From a virus (lineage: Duplodnaviria > Caudoviricetes), in the IMG/VR virus record IMGVR_UViG_3300009435_000044, positions 1 through 26,668 of that record: a stretch of 26,668 nucleotides of DNA, one strand, 5' to 3'. Below are positions 23,178 to 26,668 of this stretch, one piece after another (within the stretch, counting starts at the first letter, position 1; every line of letters starts with the position of its first letter). A model generated the notes under the pieces. That model ran no database searches, was not told where the DNA came from, and saw nothing but the letters and a program-made list of their open reading frames with translations. A program made the position numbers and the translations under genes.

Positions 23178-25259
23178 ATGGCAACGGAAAACAATATTGT
23201 TTATAAAATAAGTGTAGATGCTGAAACTGCTACAGCTACCATAAGAAGATTAAATGGTACAGTAGTGGCAGGTGCAATACCTGTAAAAGAACTTAGAAAA
23301 GAATTTGGAAATCTTGCTACGCAGGTTAACGCTACGAGATTTAATAAGTTTAATAAAGAGTTAAAAAATGCCACCACAAATAATCAAGAGTTTGCAGGAG
23401 CGTCTGGAGGTGCTACATCAGCAGTATTAGAACTTGGTAGGGTTGTTCAAGATGCACCTTATGGTATTCGTGGTATGGCGAATAACATCACACAGCTCGC
23501 ATCTCAAATGGCATTTGCTACTAAAAGTGCAGGTAGCTTTAAAGGTGCGTTGAGGGAGATGGGAAAAGCAATGATGGGCCCTTTAGGTATTGTGTTTGCT
23601 ATATCTGTTATTGTTTCATTGATGGATGGGTTGTATGGTGGATTTTCAAAAGCAGAAAAACAGGTAAATTCATTTAATGATGCTCTTGTTAAAAACTCAA
23701 TGGAAGTTGAAAGAATGAGGGCTTTGAGAGGAATTGTTAATGACAATACAGCTTCTTTAGAAACCCAGAAAGATGCTTTAGAGGAATTAAAAAAGTTAGG
23801 TTTTGACCCTGCCAAGAGAAGTTTAGATGAGTTTATAGAATCTCAACAAAAGTTAGCTGTAGTGAACGCATCTATAAAGGCTATTGAAGAAAATTTAACC
23901 GACTTAATGAAAGAGAGGTTAAAGTTAAACGCAAAAGCTAAAAAAGAATTTTCCGAGTACTACAAGATGAAACAAGACAATTCTTTTGGTATTGATATAC
24001 AGGAAGCGGTTTTAGACCAAATAAAGTTAGACAAAAATGAGTTAGATAAAAAAGAAGCAGAACTTAAAAAGCAGTTCCAAGATTTAATAAAGCGTTCTTT
24101 TGATTTAACTGACGCTCCAGAAAAAAAAGGTAGAAAAAAAAAGAAACTCAAATTTATACTTAAAGACCCTAAAGAGTTTGATAAAGAGTTAGAAACATTG
24201 GGGGGGATGGCTCTTGAATATTATCAAAAGAGTTTAGTAAAACAAGCAGAGAATGGATTAGATAGGTTAAAAGCAGAAAAATCTAACGAAGAAGATAGGT
24301 TAAAAGCGTTAAAAGAATCTAATGAAAAGAGGTTTGAGGAACAAGCAGAAGCGGCTAAAAAAGAATATGATACCTATTTAAAACTACAGGTAGCTAAAGG
24401 TAACATTACGGAGATAGAAAGACAAAAGAAACAATTAGCGTTTAATGATAGTGTAAATTTAGATGTAGCAAACCAAAAGAAAGCCGCCGAAGAATCATAT
24501 AAAAGAGCAATAAAAGCCTTAAACTTTTTGTATGATGGCTTATTTAAAGCTGAAAAAGAAAAACAAGCAGAGGATAAAAAAAGAGCTGATTTAGAGATTT
24601 GGAAAGCTAAATTAGATGCTATGAGGGATTACGCAGCTAAAGCTAAAGAAATACTATCTTCTGTGGCAAGTTTTATTGATGGGGAGTTTGATAGAGAGTT
24701 GGCTACTGAGAAAAATAAAACAAACGCTATAAATAATGAACTAAATCAAAGATTGCTAAACGAAAACCTATCTAAAGACGAAAGAAAGAGTATTCAAAAT
24801 CAAATAGCTAAAAACGATGAGTTATTAAGACAAAAGCAAGAGAAGGTTGAGAAACGTAGGTTTGAGATGAACAAAGCTGCAAATATAGCTAAGTCTGTTG
24901 TTGACACCTATTCTGCCGCTGTAGCTGCATTAAAAAATAATGGTGGTGTTCCAAGTGGATTACCTGCAATGTTTGGAACTATAGCTGTTGGTTTAGCACA
25001 AGTGGCTACCATCGCAAGACAAAAGTTTGTATCAAGTGCAGGAGCAAGAACACCCGTGAGAGGCGGAGGTGGTGGTTCATCAAGCGGCGGAAATGATAGA
25101 AGTTTTAATTTTAACTTAGTTGGTAACACACAAGCTAATCAAATAGCAGATGCTATACAAGGTAGATTTAAACAACCATTAAAAGCGTTTGTAGTTTCAA
25201 GAGATATAACCACTCAACAAGAATTAGATGCTAATATTAAAGGTAGTGCGAGTTTCTAA
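23178..25259 (+). CDS. Tape-measure-like protein
   Basis: Long helical/coiled-coil protein; QDAPYGIRGMANNITQL, hydrophobic GPLGIVFAISVIV segment, Gly-rich C-terminal linker. Confidence 0.75.
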   Translation: MATENNIVYKISVDAETATATIRRLNGTVVAGAIPVKELRKEFGNLATQVNATRFNKFNKELKNATTNNQEFAGASGGATSAVLELGRVVQDAPYGIRGMANNITQLASQMAFATKSAGSFKGALREMGKAMMGPLGIVFAISVIVSLMDGLYGGFSKAEKQVNSFNDALVKNSMEVERMRALRGIVNDNTASLETQKDALEELKKLGFDPAKRSLDEFIESQQKLAVVNASIKAIEENLTDLMKERLKLNAKAKKEFSEYYKMKQDNSFGIDIQEAVLDQIKLDKNELDKKEAELKKQFQDLIKRSFDLTDAPEKKGRKKKKLKFILKDPKEFDKELETLGGMALEYYQKSLVKQAENGLDRLKAEKSNEEDRLKALKESNEKRFEEQAEAAKKEYDTYLKLQVAKGNITEIERQKKQLAFNDSVNLDVANQKKAAEESYKRAIKALNFLYDGLFKAEKEKQAEDKKRADLEIWKAKLDAMRDYAAKAKEILSSVASFIDGEFDRELATEKNKTNAINNELNQRLLNENLSKDERKSIQNQIAKNDELLRQKQEKVEKRRFEMNKAANIAKSVVDTYSAAVAALKNNGGVPSGLPAMFGTIAVGLAQVATIARQKFVSSAGARTPVRGGGGGSSSGGNDRSFNFNLVGNTQANQIADAIQGRFKQPLKAFVVSRDITTQQELDANIKGSASF

Positions 25260-25262
25260 AAT

Positions 25263-25292
25263 AATACAAAAATTAATAATAAGGTTAGCTTA
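25263..25292 (+). promoter_or_regulatory. Candidate phage late promoter
   Basis: AATACA-N15-GTTAG-CT-TA upstream of the protease gene. Confidence 0.65.
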
Positions 25293-25305
25293 ATATATAA
25301 AAATT

Positions 25306-25905
25306 ATGAAAGAATTAGATTTAATAGAATTATTCATAGACGAAGAAGAATCTGATAACGGAATACAAGCTATTTCACTTGTAGAATCTCCTGCTATTGA
25401 AGAAAACTTTGTTGCATTAAGTAAACATAAGGTAGAGTTTAAAGCTATTGATGAGGACAAGAGAATTATTATAGGTTTAGCATTAGTTCCAGATAAGCCT
25501 ATTTACAGACGTAAAGGCGATTATGAATACAACATAACATTCTCTAAAGAAACGGTAAGAAAAGGTGCTGAAATGTACTTAAAAAGCCTTAGAAACAATA
25601 ACACAACATTAGAACACCAACAATTAACAAGTGGGGTTTCTATCATAGAGTCTTGGATAGTAGAAGATACTGAAAAAGACAAAACTGCATTATACAACCT
25701 AAACGCTACAAAAGGTGCTTGGGCAGTAGTTATGAAGATAGATAACGAAAGCGTATGGAAAGACGTTAAGGATAAGAAGTATTTAGGATTGAGTATAGAG
25801 GGTGTATTCTCGCAATCTAAAGAGGATATGTCAAATGATAAAGACTTGACAGATGATGAATTGATAAATGAGCTAAAAGAGCTAATGAATAAAGGTAATG
25901 GCTAA
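25306..25905 (+). CDS. XkdF-like serine protease, probable prohead protease
   Basis: ISLVESPAIE, LVPDKPIYR, EH, ESW, GAW, W..VK....GLSIEG motifs. Confidence 0.75.
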   Translation: MKELDLIELFIDEEESDNGIQAISLVESPAIEENFVALSKHKVEFKAIDEDKRIIIGLALVPDKPIYRRKGDYEYNITFSKETVRKGAEMYLKSLRNNNTTLEHQQLTSGVSIIESWIVEDTEKDKTALYNLNATKGAWAVVMKIDNESVWKDVKDKKYLGLSIEGVFSQSKEDMSNDKDLTDDELINELKELMNKGNG

Positions 25906-26032
25906 ACATTTACAAGTTTCTGTTTACAAGAAACCAACTGTAAGTAGAAAAGGTGTTCACGCTAAAAGCAAAACATCTGTATCAAAGTTAAGTAAAAACT
26001 ATAACAAACCATATAAAGGTCAGGGAAGATGA
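25898..26032 (+). CDS. 44-aa very basic peptide ending YKGQGR, not in the ORF track
   Basis: MAKHLQVSVYKKPTVSRKGVHAKSKTSVSKLSKNYNKPYKGQGR; overlaps both neighbours. Confidence 0.7.
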   Translation: MAKHLQVSVYKKPTVSRKGVHAKSKTSVSKLSKNYNKPYKGQGR

Positions 26033-26658
26033 GTATTTTAAACACTTCTTATAAAGTTAAATCAGATGTAAATACTGATGCTGAAAGATTAGCTTACAAT
26101 ATAGAGAATGGTGCTTATGTAACAACAGAAAGTGGTGTTTGGACTGTGCAAAATGGAAATTGGGTAAAGCTGTACCCATCAGGAGGAGATGGAAGTGGAA
26201 TTGGATGGGCAAGATATGACGACACTCAATGGACTTCTTTAAATAAACTACCTTTATTAAATGGTGTTTCGTTAGTGTTAAATAATAATGCTGGAAATAT
26301 TGTTTTAAGCGATAATTCAGTTAATTATTATAACGGAAACACCTTTAAAGTTTTAGCTGATAAGGAGAATGAGTTGTATATGGCTACTGTTGTTTTTAAG
26401 TATTCAGCACCTAATGCTAATCAAACTTTTTTAAGATTACAATTAGAGGGTGGTAATGGAACACCTTACGAGAGATTGGGTAGTGATATTTCATTTAGTA
26501 AAGGAAATGATATAGCTCACGAATTTCATCAAGTATTTCAATACTACGCAGATTCAACATTTGTATCAAATGGTAGTCAATGGGTAATAACTGCTAATGG
26601 AGGTACTGCTGTAGTTTGGGATATTATATTTTTCATCAGTAAAATACAAGGATATTAA
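26029..26658 (+). CDS. Hypothetical beta-rich protein, possibly virion-associated
   Basis: 209-aa ORF in the late operon; GWARYDD motif after a Gly linker. Confidence 0.7.
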   Translation: MSILNTSYKVKSDVNTDAERLAYNIENGAYVTTESGVWTVQNGNWVKLYPSGGDGSGIGWARYDDTQWTSLNKLPLLNGVSLVLNNNAGNIVLSDNSVNYYNGNTFKVLADKENELYMATVVFKYSAPNANQTFLRLQLEGGNGTPYERLGSDISFSKGNDIAHEFHQVFQYYADSTFVSNGSQWVITANGGTAVVWDIIFFISKIQGY

Positions 26659-26668
26659 TTATGGCAGA

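Noticed and set aside
2648-25129. Shadow ORFs 2648-2893, 2919-3104, 5524-5712, 10194-10382, 12804-12995, 15863-16132, 22676-22861, 22972-23184, 23504-23815, 23960-24151, 24908-25129
   Set aside because: Each is antisense to better-supported, translationally coupled genes and shows no recognisable motif.

Overview
AT-rich fragment of a tailed dsDNA phage genome. The host is almost certainly a Flavobacteriia/Bacteroidota bacterium, judged from TAnnTTTG promoters, A-rich Shine-Dalgarno-less leaders and a DUF3127-type SSB. From left to right: (i) 263-9915, a DNA-metabolism/accessory region (RusA-like nuclease, ECF-type sigma factor, metallophosphoesterase, HNH-like protein, DUF3310, stand-alone DnaA domain-IV HTH, degenerate M15 peptidase, putative annealase plus SSB, RecA/AAA-type ATPase, C5 DNA methyltransferase); (ii) terminase small and large subunits; (iii) a short-repeat array, an early-type block of small genes, a 640-bp non-coding stretch and a minus-strand operon; (iv) a morphogenesis module (frameshifting chaperone-like gene, tail proteins including one with three FN3 domains, tape-measure-like protein, XkdF-like protease). 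The strongest candidate for an undescribed system is the methyltransferase gene, which sits in an integron-like gene cassette. It has an attC-like hairpin on one side, an attI-like site on the other, complementary GTTAGGT/ACCTAAC cores extended into a 26/28-bp inverted repeat, and no integrase in the window. Other main signals are a five-copy AAnACA-N15-GTTAK-nn-TA motif (candidate promoter for the phage sigma), a pseudoknotted ncRNA candidate downstream of one copy, and a -1 frameshift site. All calls were made by eye from motifs; no database search or folding program was run.
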